Shown: positions 13,463-27,500 of the stretch, in pieces
How positions within the stretch are numbered: the first letter of the stretch is position 1
How the letters are laid out: every line of letters begins with the position of its first letter
From: Eledone cirrhosa
Lineage: Eukaryota
Assembly (NCBI GenBank): GCA_964016885.1
Contig: OZ024742.1
Span: 193,316,001-193,380,000 of the forward strand
Direction: 5' to 3'
DNA length: 64,000 nucleotides
Notes under the pieces: model-generated
Seen by the model: the letters and a program-made list of their open reading frames with translations, nothing else
What the model was told of the DNA's origin: nothing
The model's database searches: none
Translations under genes and position numbers: made by a program

Positions 13463-14317
13463 CCTAATCAAGCCCTCTCCGGATTTTATTCATCACATTT
13501 ATTATTACTATATATATATATATATCTGTTAGACACGCAGTGACTAACAACAGAATGTTTTAAGTCTGCGTGCCTGACATATATGCGTAGCTTGTGAATA
13601 ACAAATTCAATGGGTGTCGCTGGCCGTGGTGATGTTCGCTGCCAAACATGTTTTGTAATGTATCGTTTTATTGGCTAATTTCATCGTATTATTGGCTAAT
13701 CAACCAACACGTTTATTTATCGTTTCACTTTCAAATCTAACTTCTGTATTTCGTCGTTTATTATCAAAACATATTTCTCGTTTTGGTAAGTTATATTGTT
13801 AATTTATATATGATTTTTTTAAATTTATATTAAATATTTTTTTCAGTTCGTTATAACATGCTTATAATATTGGTTGTATCATATTTACTTGTATATTTGT
13901 CCATATTAATGTTCGTTTTATGTTAGATTATATAGGTTTTGTCTTAGTAACTTTGTGGTTCAATGCATGGGGTTGCAGAACAATAATATGAGAGACGTAA
14001 AATAAGAAAATTATAAAATATATATGTTACTAGATATTAATTCTTTATAATTATCTCCAAATTATTTGTCGAGCAATATTGGCCATGACTGCTGCTGTGG
14101 TAGCAGGCAGGCCGCTGTCTTATTAGCAAACCACTTTCCACTGATTGACCTCGATGTCACGTGATTGATTCTTTTTGAATTTGCCACCGACGCAGAGGCA
14201 GTGATTTTCTCAATGGCTAGGAATTCAGTCTACGCTTTGCTATTTTCTATCCACTGAATTATTTTTTAATAAGTTTCCACAGTCCACGCTTTACCTGGAT
14301 ACTTAGATGAGAATAGT

Positions 14318-14395
14318 CTTCCCTGACGATGGGATGATTCTACGTTTTCTTCGCAAAATATATTTATTCCATTCCAGAAACTAATTAGTTGGAAG
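14318..14395 (+). ncRNA. Type I hammerhead ribozyme with extended stem II
   Basis: CTTCC-CTGACGA-[TGGGATG..CATTCCA, 47 nt]-GAAA-CTAATTAG-TT-GGAAG; palindromic stem III. Confidence 0.8.
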
Positions 14396-14837
14396 TGATA
14401 TTTTAGTAAGTAAGTTAATTTTATAATTTTCTTATTTTACGTCTCTCATATTATTGTTCTGCAACCCCATGCATTGAACCACAAAGTTACTAAGACAAAA
14501 CCTGTATATTTGCTAGCATTGATATGCATCTGTATGTATATATATGTTACTAGATATTAATTCTTTATAATTATCTCCAAATTATTTGTCGAGCAATATT
14601 GGCCATGACTGCTGCTATGGTAGCAGGCAGGCCGCTGTCTTATTAGCAAACCACTTTCCACTGATTGACCTCGATGTCACGTGATTGATTCTTTTTGAAT
14701 TTGCCACCGACGCAGAGGCAGTGATTTTCTCAATGGCTAGGAATTCAGTCTACGCTTTGCTATTTTCTATCCACTGAATTATTTTTTAATAAGTTTCCAC
14801 AGTCCACGCTTTGCCTGGATACTTAGATGAGAATAGT

Positions 14838-14915
14838 CTTCCCTGACGACGGGATGATTCTACGTTTTCTTCACAAAATATATTTATTCCATTCCAGAAA
14901 CTAATTAGTTGCAAG
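14838..14915 (+). ncRNA. Type I hammerhead ribozyme, second copy with stem mismatches
   Basis: As 14318-14395, but stem II base T>C and stem I GGAAG>GCAAG. Confidence 0.65.
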
Positions 14916-14967
14916 TGATATTTTAGTAAGTAAGTTAATTTTATAATTTTCTTATTTTACGTCTCTC

Positions 14968-15014
<47 letters not shown>

Positions 15015-15019
<5 letters not shown>

Positions 15020-15203
15020 GTTTCTACTATTGGCACAAGGCCAGAAATTACCCAGTACATTACTGGTACTTTATTTTATCGACCCCGTAAGGATGAAAGG
15101 CAAAGTTAACCTCGGCACGATTTGAACTCAGAATGGCAAGGGCCGTAACTCTATGCGTCAAAGCATGGCGTCCGACCCTCTACCGATACTGCCAATCCAC
15201 CGC
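15015..15203 (-). mobile_element. tRNA-derived SINE, full length, between (TA)n tracts
   Basis: Reverse complement of the SINE consensus. Confidence 0.92.
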
Positions 15204-15222
15204 CCTATATATATATATATAA

Positions 15223-15534
<312 letters not shown>

Positions 15535-15787
15535 TAATTAACTAAATTATATATTTATTCAGAATATGTTCATTTTCCCCACGTCTTTTTTATATTTTAT
15601 TTTGTATATCCATTCTTCTATCAAGTGTAAATTTTAATTTCCTGTAAATACTTCAAAATCTAGAAATTTAAGTTTCCTCAGAATCACGTTGCTAGTATTT
15701 TAGTCTTTTTACACGGCCTTTGTTCATTATCTTCTGCAAATGATTGTTAAAATATAGTACACTTATCACGAAGTTTGAATTACTATA

Positions 15788-15880
<93 letters not shown>

Positions 15881-16496
15881 TGATTCGTTCTTATTCATTG
15901 TCTTAGAATTTTATTTGGAATTTTCTTCAATATGTTTCTACATGTATAGAAATTATAGAATATATTTCACTTATTAACATTGCTATTTTCTTTATCGGTG
16001 CTACTAATGGTAATAAACATAATAATAATGGGAATCGAGGATGAGAATGATGATAATGAGGATATAGTAAGGTAGATGAATTTATATCATACTATGTTAC
16101 GCGGAAACATTTTTTATCAGAAATCATAAGATTCTCTGCATTCGTTATTACGTATAGACACTATCCATCTTCTTCCCGTTCCGGAAAGGACGGTGGACTA
16201 GTGGTTAGTGTGTTAGGTTCACGACCTCATTAGTTCAATTTTTGTACATGTGTTCTTGAAGGACACACTATTCTGCATGTTGCTCGAGATAGTACAGTTG
16301 AAAATAAATATCAGTAGCAGCTTGGGTTTACGCCTGCGATGGACAGGTGTCCCGTATAAGGTGGAGCCCTGTACTCCTAATCACTTAAAACCATTGGAAC
16401 CATCAAAGGCTCCGTGTTGATTCACATCCATGCTTGAGACAGACTTTAAGCTACATATCTGCTCCTCTTATCCAGGCACATATTTACATTCATTAT

Positions 16497-16605
16497 CAAA
16501 TCCCGCCGAGGTTAACTTTGCCTTTCATCCTTACGGGGTCGATAAAATAAAGTACCAGTAATGCTCTGGGTAATTTCTGGCCTTGTGCCAAACGTAGAAA
16601 CAATT
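16497..16605 (+). mobile_element. SINE, 5'-truncated
   Basis: CAAATCCCGCCGAGG..GTAGAAACAATTA. Confidence 0.88.
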
Positions 16606-17201
16606 ATATAAAACATAATGGGGAGAGGGATTAGCACAATTATTAAAACTGAAACAAAGCACCATGTGAGTTTTCGACAATGTCTCATAAGTATTTATAT
16701 CTCAACAGGGTCAACATTAGGTAACAATATTCCCGCGTGGAGTTGTATACGAAGCAATAAGAGCTTTCATAAAAACACTGATAGTACAAGACCCACCACC
16801 AAAGATGTGCCACCGGGTCGACATTACAAAATATTATATAATACTACATAAATTGTTTTCCATATACTAACTTCTCATGTATTTCATTTTAATTATTAAA
16901 ACACCTTTTCCAAGAATTACGATGTTCTCCAGTATCAATTTCCTAACATGATACATTGCATGACACCATTTGATGTAATTCAAGGCGTACAATGTTTTAG
17001 TCTATTGAGCCGTAATTAGTTAGATGTACAGTTAATTAGCCAAAGAGACGTTGCGTTTCTTTGCAATGAAAGACATTAGGTGATAGACGGAAAATGTGTA
17101 CAAAGGAGAAAATGAAAGAGAATTTGATTTTATGTCATCACGGGTTACGCAATGAATTATGATGATTAAATGTTACATTTGTAATCACACTCGTACACGT
17201 G

Positions 17202-17273
<72 letters not shown>

Positions 17274-17277
<4 letters not shown>

Positions 17278-17870
17278 TGGATACATGTTACCAGTAGCAC
17301 CAACTGGTGACCTGACACCTGTTGGCGTCGTTGGCGACTAAACTGGCCACCCCATCAAGGTTTCTTGGCGAGGAGGGTGACATCGGACATCCTGCAGGAC
17401 TAAAAACAAAACCTGTCAAAGGGCAAAGGAGCTCTTAAGAGTCAATGGCCATCCAAAATCACCGAGAAAGATGACCACTTAGCCTTTGTCAATGCAGAAT
17501 TCTAGGAGAAGGAAAACTCTGATATAACACCTGCAACCCTGATGGTATCCAATGATGTTGACTTGTTCTTCTTTTTGGTAAATATCATCTTGATTAAGAG
17601 AGTGGGACTGGCTTTGTGCAGTGCATTTTCTCACTATAAAAGCTTCACGGCACAGGCATAGCTTTATATCTGGAGATCTCTCTGCACTTGTCGTCACATG
17701 GTACCATGGGCCCAGCACTATGTGTCAATAATTCTCACAAGTGTAGTGTTTGTACCAGAGTTTTCAAGTCGCTGGCTGGACTAAAAAGTCACACTCGTTC
17801 AGCGCATCGGTAGGAGTTCTCCTACATGGATATAAAGTTGTGGCCGTACTCGAAAACGAGTTGGCATCCA

Positions 17871-17874
<4 letters not shown>
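17274..17874 (+). mobile_element. ~600-bp non-autonomous RTE-related element with first 43 nt inverted
   Basis: Reverse complement of 30771-31380; carries CTAGGAGAAGGAAAACTCTG, a motif I recognise from RTE 5' UTRs; flanked by (TA)n. Confidence 0.75.
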
Positions 17875-17916
<42 letters not shown>

Positions 17917-18350
17917 GCACGGGTGTTCGTTTATGTTTGTGGATCAATGAGTTTGTGTTCGTTTGTGTGTGGGGGTGAGTGAGTTTGTTTTCATATAATA
18001 CAAAGTTTACACATAAATCATCAGTCAAATTGGGTTCGATCAGCAACTTTGTATATTTAAGCGGACACGCACATACAAACATGCACACAGACATGCACAC
18101 ACACGAACACGCACATACGGACACGGAAGCACACTTTTTCTAGGTATGCAACTAGGCTAATCAGCCTATGTATTTTTCAGAGAATACTCTATATTCTCAA
18201 TAGTCCCGGGGTTAAGCAGATGGTAGCAAAATAGTCTTGAAAAAGGGCAATAACCCCGAAAAAATAGTTGTTTGTTGTTCTCGTTGCCACCGTTGGAACA
18301 TAAGGATGACGTCAGTCGTCTTGATATATGATATCATTATAACATTGCCA

Positions 18351-18712
18351 GGTGATGAATTGGCAGTATCGGTAGAGGGTCTGATGTCATGCTTTGGAGC
18401 GAAGAGTTACGGCCCTTTATTGTTCTGAGTTCAATTCCCGCCGAGGTTAACTTTGCCTTTCATCCTTACGGGGTCGATGAAATAAAGTACCAGTGATACA
18501 CTGGAAGAATTGCTGGACTAGTGCCACAAGTAGACACAATTATAACACTGCCATGCACTGCAGCATAGAGTTACGGCGCTTTACGTTCTGAGTTCAAAAC
18601 CCACCGAGGTTAAATTTGCATTTCATTCCTACGGGCTTGATAAAATAAATTGCCAGTAATGCACTAGGTTAATTGCCGGCCTTGTGACAAAAGTAGAAAC
18701 AATTATTATTAT
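18351..18712 (+). mobile_element. Two tandem SINE copies
   Basis: Full copy 18351-18542 and 5'-truncated copy ~18551-18712. Confidence 0.85.
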
Positions 18713-18722
18713 TCACTCACGA

Positions 18723-19410
<688 letters not shown>

Positions 19411-19820
19411 CTCTAACGCATGCATAATATCCTGTAGGTTTCAAAAGACATTTGGTAAGTTTATAAAAAAAATGGTTATTGAAATTGAAACCATCTTGTA
19501 AAAATGAACGTTCGAAAATCAAAATTTCATTGGCCTTTTTAAGTTAGAAAAATTATAGTTCATGTTTCACTATGTAAATACGAACTGTAACAGCTGAAGG
19601 AAAAGAAAACGTAGGAAAATAAACTACATCAAACTTGTATAACCTTTACATCAATTGGTCTTATAAGATCACAGAATAGTCATGTATGTGAGTTTTAATG
19701 TTTCATGTTATCGAATATATAGAGGGTTTCCCCCCCAAAAAAATGTATACTTACTTCAATAGCTTTCTAATAAATATGTGTATACATTTGGGGCGAGGTA
19801 TCCTGTATATATATATATAT

Positions 19821-19890
<70 letters not shown>

Positions 19891-19923
19891 GAATATATAT
19901 ATATATATATAAATGTGTGTGTA

Positions 19924-19962
<39 letters not shown>

Positions 19963-20051
19963 GTATATATATATATACACACACACATACACACACATGC
20001 ACTCACACCTATATATATATATATATCATATATATATAGCATATATATATA

Positions 20052-20707
20052 TACTACCCGAATTACCAGCCCGTTGCTGCGTCTCACACATTTTCTCTGT
20101 ACAAAAATAATTATTGATTTTAAATCAGTGATATAATTGATGGAGAGAAACTCTGCATTTCAATATTATTCAATGTAAAATGTAATGAATTAAATATTGG
20201 AAAACATTATTTTTTGTAATATATCAAATCAAAATTATATTATTAAATCTTATTCTTATTTTGTTTCTTGTAAATTATTGTTGTCAAAATATCAATTCAA
20301 AACTTGATCATTTCATTTTTGTGTAAAGCATTATTTTCAAATTAGAAATTCAAAGTTCCAATACTCAAGTTATGGGATTCCCAATTTTTTACTATAGGGG
20401 TTTAACCCCCATTAGGGTGTCTTAATGGTATTGATATTTGCTGAAATTCTGTTAATATGTATCATATCATGTTATTTAACTATGGTTTAAATTACATATA
20501 AATCAAAGGGAAAAATTTTCAGCGAAGCTTTTCAGAGGGGGTTTATGCCCTCGGGGAACCCTCTGATTAAAAGGAAATATACTTATCCAAGTACCATTGG
20601 CAATCTAGTTTCAGAATATATATGGTTATGGGGGTCTATCTCCAAAGCCATAGAAGGAGTTCGTGAACAAACAAACAAACAAACAGACAGGAACTACAAC
20701 TTTATAT
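20052..20707 (+). mobile_element. Helentron-associated (DINE-1-like) element
   Basis: 5' TACTACCCGAATTACCAGCCCGTTGC, subterminal (AAAC)n, and ACAACTTTATAT end. Confidence 0.55.
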
Positions 20708-20740
20708 GTATATATGTATGTTTATATATATATATATTTC

Positions 20741-21018
20741 TAAGGCGGGTAAAATTCCCGAGATCAATGGACGAGTTCTCTCCAGCGGTCTCTGTCCCTC
20801 ATTATCGCTGCCATGTCCTGCGTGTCCAACAGACCAGGTCTGTCCTTAGGGCACCAACATACGTTAACCTTGGTCTTCCTCTTCTAGTGTATCCATGTAG
20901 AGGCTCCCAAAGGAGCACTGAGTGCAATGTCAACTCTGGATGTCGGTGAGCATGTCCAGCTAACCTCAGTCTCCTCTGTGTCACTTATGAGCTGACTTTT
21001 GGGATGCTCCCATACAGC
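20741..21018 (-). mobile_element. RTE-clade LINE 3' end
   Basis: RRLRLAGHAHRHPELTLHSVLLWEPLHGYTRRGRPRLTYV, an RTE C-terminal motif. Confidence 0.85.
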
Positions 21019-21055
<37 letters not shown>

Positions 21056-21075
21056 TATCTATATATATATATATA

Positions 21076-21630
21076 GTTATGTAATAAACAACATGAGGTA
21101 ATTATTTAATTTACCAGTAGTTTCTTGAAAGCAAACAAATTTTGCATTCGATCATCAGAATGAAAAGATCCTGGTGTATTTATTGACATTGGATTTTAAA
21201 AGAAAAAATATAATCTATATGAAAGTGAGGCTGGAAAAGGAAGAAGGAAAGGAAAAATAAACACACATGCACACATACACACATACACACATACACACAT
21301 ACACACATATACATACACATACATATATACATACACATATATATATATACATATACATACATACACATATACATACACGTACAAATACACAAACACACAC
21401 ACACATGTATATATATATATATACATATATATATATACACATAATCATACATATATACACACGTACATACACACACATACATACACACATATATACACGC
21501 ATACATACGCACACACAAATATAGATATATGTACACACACCTACATACGCACACACACAATTAATTATAAGAAAAAATATAATAATAAAAATATAAAAAC
21601 AATACACGACCATACAGGCCGTCACATACA
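21076..21630 (-). mobile_element. PLE-type 3' tail with degenerate hammerhead (21108-21164)
   Basis: Minus: TTCATT-CTGATGA-TCGAATGCAAA..TTTGCTTTCAA-GAAA-CTACTGGT-AAATTAA; same family as 50298-50420. Confidence 0.65.
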
Positions 21631-21654
21631 TATATATGTATATATATATATAAA

Positions 21655-22405
21655 ACCATCGTCCCAGTGTGTTTGCCCTTTTAACTTATGTTGTAACTCT
21701 AGTTCACTAGCTTCTATGGAGCGCTTGCCACACATCTCGGAAGTTGTTTTTCGCTAATTTCCAATAGCCGAAATACGATTCTCGCTAATTTATATTTGTA
21801 ATAATCTCCCGAGTCTAGCTATCAGTTAATTTTCTTGATTTTTTAGTTAATTCTATTGACTGATGAATAGCTTTTGTTAATTTTAAAACCATTCTGTTGA
21901 GAACTTAATTCGTTTTGTGATATTTTGCAATTTTGCAATAATAACACACATACTGAATTCATCCGCCAAAACTAACGGTTCCCCCCCCCTTGTCGAGAGT
22001 CCCCCCCCCCACACGTGGGTTTTGATAACGATCAGTCCTTGGCACTCGAACTAAAAGCCTGTTGAGAAGTGACATCCTTGTTCAATCATCTTACTAAAAG
22101 CTTAATATTATTTGTCTAAGCAGACAGTACCTGATTTAGGAGTTGCAGAAACCCAAATGCCGGATTTTACCAACCTTCCAGGGGTCCGGGTAGAATTTTC
22201 AATCATATTTTATTTGTTTGACCCGAATTACTTGGTTGTTCCCATGGTTGTGCGGATAATAGTTTACCATTGTCTCAGTGTGTTTGGCCATTTAACTTAT
22301 GTTGAAGCTCTTGTTCACTAGCTTCTATGGAGCGCTTGCCACACATCTCGTAAGTTGTTTTTCTCTAATTTCCAATAGCCCAAATGCGATTCTCGCTAGT
22401 TTATA
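21655..22405. repeat. ~145-bp diverged direct repeats bracketing a 460-bp insert, within (TA)n
   Basis: 21655-21795 resembles 22265-22405. Confidence 0.8.
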
Positions 22406-22416
22406 TATATATATGT

Positions 22417-22488
<72 letters not shown>

Positions 22489-23037
22489 ATAAATTAACGG
22501 AGCCATAGACTCTCGCTAGTCCCTGTCAATAATGTGCTGAAAGGAGTAGGAATCTTGAGCGAGAGTCTATTTATCGTGATATTTCGCTCTTATAACAGTA
22601 TTTCCTCTCTCTCTGTTTGGTAGAGCACACTGCTATGAATGGTTTTGGGCTGCCCTTTCTAGTAGCTCATCCCTCAGACACCACTGGTACACTGCCCTAA
22701 AACGCTATGACATCTCTCTCCCACGTGTAGCTGGTCGGTCGCTTTAGATTCTCTTAGGATTGTCTGGAATGTATAGCCTTACACACGCTGTGAACCATGG
22801 GCTACTTCATTTCAGTCAACAACATCTTGGCGAAACAGATCTCCTTGAATTTGTACGTGTATTATATAGTTATAGATTTGTTTATTTACACTTTAGTTTA
22901 TATTTTTAATTATCGTGCCTCTACTCTGCCTTTCATAGGTTATATATTCTATACACTGGTGGTTTTGCCTGTATTATTGATGGCGCACTATCTCTCTCTA
23001 GTGTGTTACCATTTCAACATATTGTATATATATATAT

Positions 23038-23301
23038 ATCCCAAAAGTCAGTTGAAAAGTGCCACAGAGGAGACTTAGCTTAGCTGGACATGCTCACCGA
23101 CATCCAGAGTTGACATTGCACTCAGTGCTCCTGTGGGAGCCCTTACATGAATAAACTGGAAGAGGAAGATCAAGGTTAACGTATGTTGATGCTCTAATGA
23201 CAGACACTGGTCTGTTGGAAACGCAGGACAAGGCAGCGATAATGAGGGACAGAGACCGCTGGAGAGATCTCGTCCATGGATCTCGGGATTTTTACCCGCC
23301 C
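23038..23301 (+). mobile_element. RTE-clade LINE 3' end (same family as 20741-21018)
   Basis: Reverse-complement similarity to 20741-21005. Confidence 0.85.
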
Positions 23302-23333
23302 TATATATATATATATATGTGTAGATATATATA

Positions 23334-23373
<40 letters not shown>

Positions 23374-23533
23374 CAACGAAGGAAATGTGGTAAGGAACCA
23401 GATGGACAATAACGCACCAAAATATTCAATACTTAGGGTAGTAGAGTGGGTAATAGGAACGAGTAGGACCCGACGGCTGAGCTGAAGCCGTCTCGACGGC
23501 TAATTCTGACAGTCGGGGTCCTACTCGTTCCTA

Positions 23534-23643
<110 letters not shown>

Positions 23644-23661
23644 ATTACGATTTTATATATA

Positions 23662-24551
23662 TATATATATTAATTTCAACAATGTTATTATTCCGTGTGT
23701 CATAATTCTCGATCATCATTGGCTCATAGGTTTCAAACGACTCCGCTCACCTCGACAACGCCAAACTTAAATTAATATGCATAATGCCAATGAGTGAGTG
23801 AGAGGGGAGGGAGAGGGAAAGTGAACACTGTGTATATGTGTCAGTGTAGAGACATGTGTGTGATGCGTGTGGAAATAAGAGGGGAAGGAAAGCAATAACT
23901 ATTAACATGTGTGCGTGTGTATGTACGTGCGCGTATGTTTGTGTGTGCGTGCGTGCGTGCAGCGTTCCACAAAAAGTAAAAACTATCAACATGTGTGAGT
24001 GTGGGCGTGTGTGTAAGTTTGTGTGCGTGTCTGCTTTTCCATGCGCGTATGTGTGTGTACGTCCGGCATCCTTCAATCGCCACGCAGTTTATCTGTCTGT
24101 GTGGCTGTCTGTCAGTCTAACATACACAGAGTTGTGAATGGAGTAAATAGGGACATTTTTTTTTACATTGACGGACATCTTTTATATTAATTATCTATAT
24201 CTATATCTACATATAAATTAAAAGATTGGAACTTCCATCATCCTTTTGAGAAACTGGAACAACCATGTCTATGCAATGTTACACGTTTTACAGTCAGGCA
24301 GAAGATGAACCATCTCCTAGAGGTCACTATTCTAGGTGGGAACACCTAGAATTGTTCATGTACTATGCACAAACTGTACAACGAAGGATCTGGTATATCT
24401 GGAAGATTTTTTTTACTATTTTTTGTATCACACAGACACCACGGACTCGCCTCATACTGTAGCCAGACAAACATCCAATACAGTCATTTTCTCTTTTACC
24501 TGTCTTCTCTTATCATCTGTTTACCCGGACGAAGCTGGGTACGTCAGCTAG
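23662..24551 (+). mobile_element. Non-autonomous Helitron, tandem unit A
   Basis: 3' hairpin CCCGGACGAAGCTGGG + CTAG; helicase C-terminal remnant SRVGTPRIVHVLCTNCTTKDLVY. Confidence 0.8.
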
Positions 24552-24552
24552 T

Positions 24553-27500
24553 ATATATTAATTTCAACAATGTCAGTATTCCGTGTGTCATAATTCTCGA
24601 TTATAATTGGTTCATAGGTTTCAAACGACTCCGCCAACCTCAACGACACCAAACTTAAATTAATATGCATAATGCCAATGAGGGAGTGAGAGGGGAGAGA
24701 TAGGCAAAGTGAACGCTGTAACTATTACGATGTGTGCGTGTGTATGTACGTGCGCGTATGTTTACGATGTGTGCGTGCGTGCAGCGTTCCACAGAATGTG
24801 TGAGTGTGTGCGTTGTTGTTTTGCATTGCCTTCGTAGCGGGAAGATAATTTGTATTCATAGTTCGTATTTGTAGGATTCATGGAAGAAGTGTCATGGCAG
24901 TAGTGAATTCACAAGCGGTCCCCAAAAAACCCGCATGTATATACCGAACGAGAGGAAAAACGTCCTGTTTGCCGCAGAATCTCCACAGACGCAGGGACAG
25001 AAACGACCCGAAGCCGCCGTTTGCCGGAAGACACACCTCTTGAATATTCGCCAGAGGCCCTCTTGCCGGGTTGCGTGCCAAATACCGCTGGGTGCCAGAC
25101 CAATCCGACTTGGGTGGCCTTACCAGGAACCGAAGTTCCCGACGGCATAGCTCTGACATTACCCGTTGCCACCGCCCTGTCACGTTGAGGAGGGTTTAGA
25201 CTTTGGGGATCTCCGGCGGCACTCTTGAACTCACGGAGAGGGAGAGAGTGGCCCGACTCGAGGGTGCACCCAATCTTCGAGATCTCGGACGTCGCACATC
25301 TCGAGATATTCGGGCCGATCGGAATGCACACTGGCGCGAATTTGCGGAGCAGACGGAGAGGGCAGCAGCCTGTGGTGACTCGCGCTAGCTCTACCAGCTG
25401 GTGAAGCGGGCCAACCGAAGCAGTACAGGTATCAGCGAGACGATCCGTGATCGCAACGGGGTGGTCATAACCAATCTTAATGACCGGCTAGTCCGATGGC
25501 GGGACCATTTCTCTGAGCTGCTCAACCACCCGCGACCACCCGCGACTACCCACGCCAACCTATCTGCAACCTTCCGGAGAAGAATACGGGTGCAGCACTG
25601 CCCCTCCAACAGTCGAGGAGGTACGTAGTGTCCTAACACATCTCCGGTACAACAAGGCGCCGGGCGAAGATGGCGTTCCAGCTGAGGTCTACAAGGCCGA
25701 GCCTAATGTCTTCGCAGCTTGGCTCTATCGACTCTTCTCCCTGGTGTGGACGATGGAGCGATTCCCTGGTGACTGGAGCGAGGCAACTCTCCTACCCTTT
25801 TTCAAAAAAGGCGACAGGAAACTGTGTTCCAACTAGAGGGGTATCAGTTTAATTGACATTGCTGCCAAAACCTTCGCAATCCTTCCGCTGAAGAGGTTCC
25901 AGGCTATTCGTGATGTCCGTACCCGTCCTTCTTAGAGCGGCTTTCGTCCGGCGAGGGGGTGCGTTGATAAAATCTTCAATCTCCGTCGTGTCCTGGAACA
26001 ACGGTGGGCACATCAACAACCTACCGTCCTCTGCTTCATCGACTTTGAAGCTACCTTCGACTCGGTAGATCGGGAAGCCCTATGGCGTATAAAGCAGGCG
26101 GACGGCATCCCAGTAGCTGCTTCGTCTCATACAGGGCTCCTACCTGTCGACTCGGGCTCGAGTGAGGGTCCATGTGGGGAGACTGAGGGGTTCGATGTTG
26201 GGACCGGTGTTCGGCAGGGGCGTGCGCTATCGCCAACTCTCTTCAACTACGCCATTGACTACACTCTCACCACAGCGCTCCGAGATTACCCGGGCGTAGA
26301 GGTCGGGAGAGGAGTCGTGGTGACAGACCTGGCCTACGCGGATGACATCGAGCTGATGGGCGCTAACGGGACAGATGTACAAGGTGCTCTCGAAAGGGTG
26401 CACACTGCAGCCGCCGCTGTTGGTCTACGAATCAATGCCGCCAAGTCGAAAGTCATGATGTCACTGGTCTCGCCTGATGCCTGGCAGTCAATATCTCTCG
26501 AGGGCGTGGACCTGAAGGATGTGGAGTTCTTCGTTTACCTGGGCTCAACAGTGGTTCCAACGGAACAGAGCGCAGCCGAGGTCAAACGTCGCATAGGTGC
26601 TGCCAGATCCGCTTGTGGGCGCCTCCAGCGGTGTCTGTGGGGCAGAAGAGAAATCACATCGGCGACCAAAGGGCGAATCTACAATCTACCGTCGTTCGCA
26701 CTATCCTCCTCTATGGCTGTGAAACATGGCCTATGGGGGTTCGATCAACGTGGTCTGTCTGTAGGTCTTCGACAATGACTGTCTCCCCCGCATTCTTCAC
26801 TGCCGACGCCTTGATCGGGTACCTACCGCCTGTTTTCGTCTTCGCCTGAATCTTCGACCCCTTCATTCAGTGCTTCTGCAACGGCGCTTGAGATGGTTTG
26901 GTCACGCAGCCCGGCGCCTTGAGGGTGAGCTGATCCGTGATGTTCTCCTCCCACCTCCACTCTTTCACTGGCGCAAGAGCGTTGGCGGGCAGCTGAAGAC
27001 CTGGGCAACGACGATCAAGGAGGACCCCTCCGAACTTTCAGGTCCGCAGTCTGTGACTGGCTCGCTATCTCTAGTGACCTAGCCCGGGGTCCTCGTGCGT
27101 GGGCTCCCATAGTTTGGGATGCCGTAAGGACAAGGGAAGAAGCCGGCTCAACCTGTCCAGTGTGAATGTCGACACAAGTACAAGTAAAGTAAGTGTGTGC
27201 GTGTGTGTAAGCACACGGGTGCGTGTGTAAGTTTGCGTACGTGTGCGCGTTTTCATGCGAGTATGTGTGTGTACGTGGGGCGTTCCACAATCGCCACGCA
27301 GTTTATATGTCTGTGTGCATGTCTGTCAGTCTAACATACACAGAATTGTGAAGGGAGTAAATAGGGACCTTTTTTTACATTGACGGACATCTTTTATATT
27401 TATTATTGTGTCAATTTTTGACAATTGCTGGAAATGAATAATGATAATAAAAGCAATTCGACCTTATCAAACAGTGAACTACAGCGGCGACGGCGTGCAG

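Larger units (their letters stand above)
13934..14970 (+). mobile_element. Non-coding tandem element with 520-bp period and one hammerhead per unit (retrozyme-like / PLE pseudo-LTR)
   Basis: 14022-14450 is repeated at 14542-14970; 13934-14018 is the inverse of 14419-14503. Confidence 0.85.
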
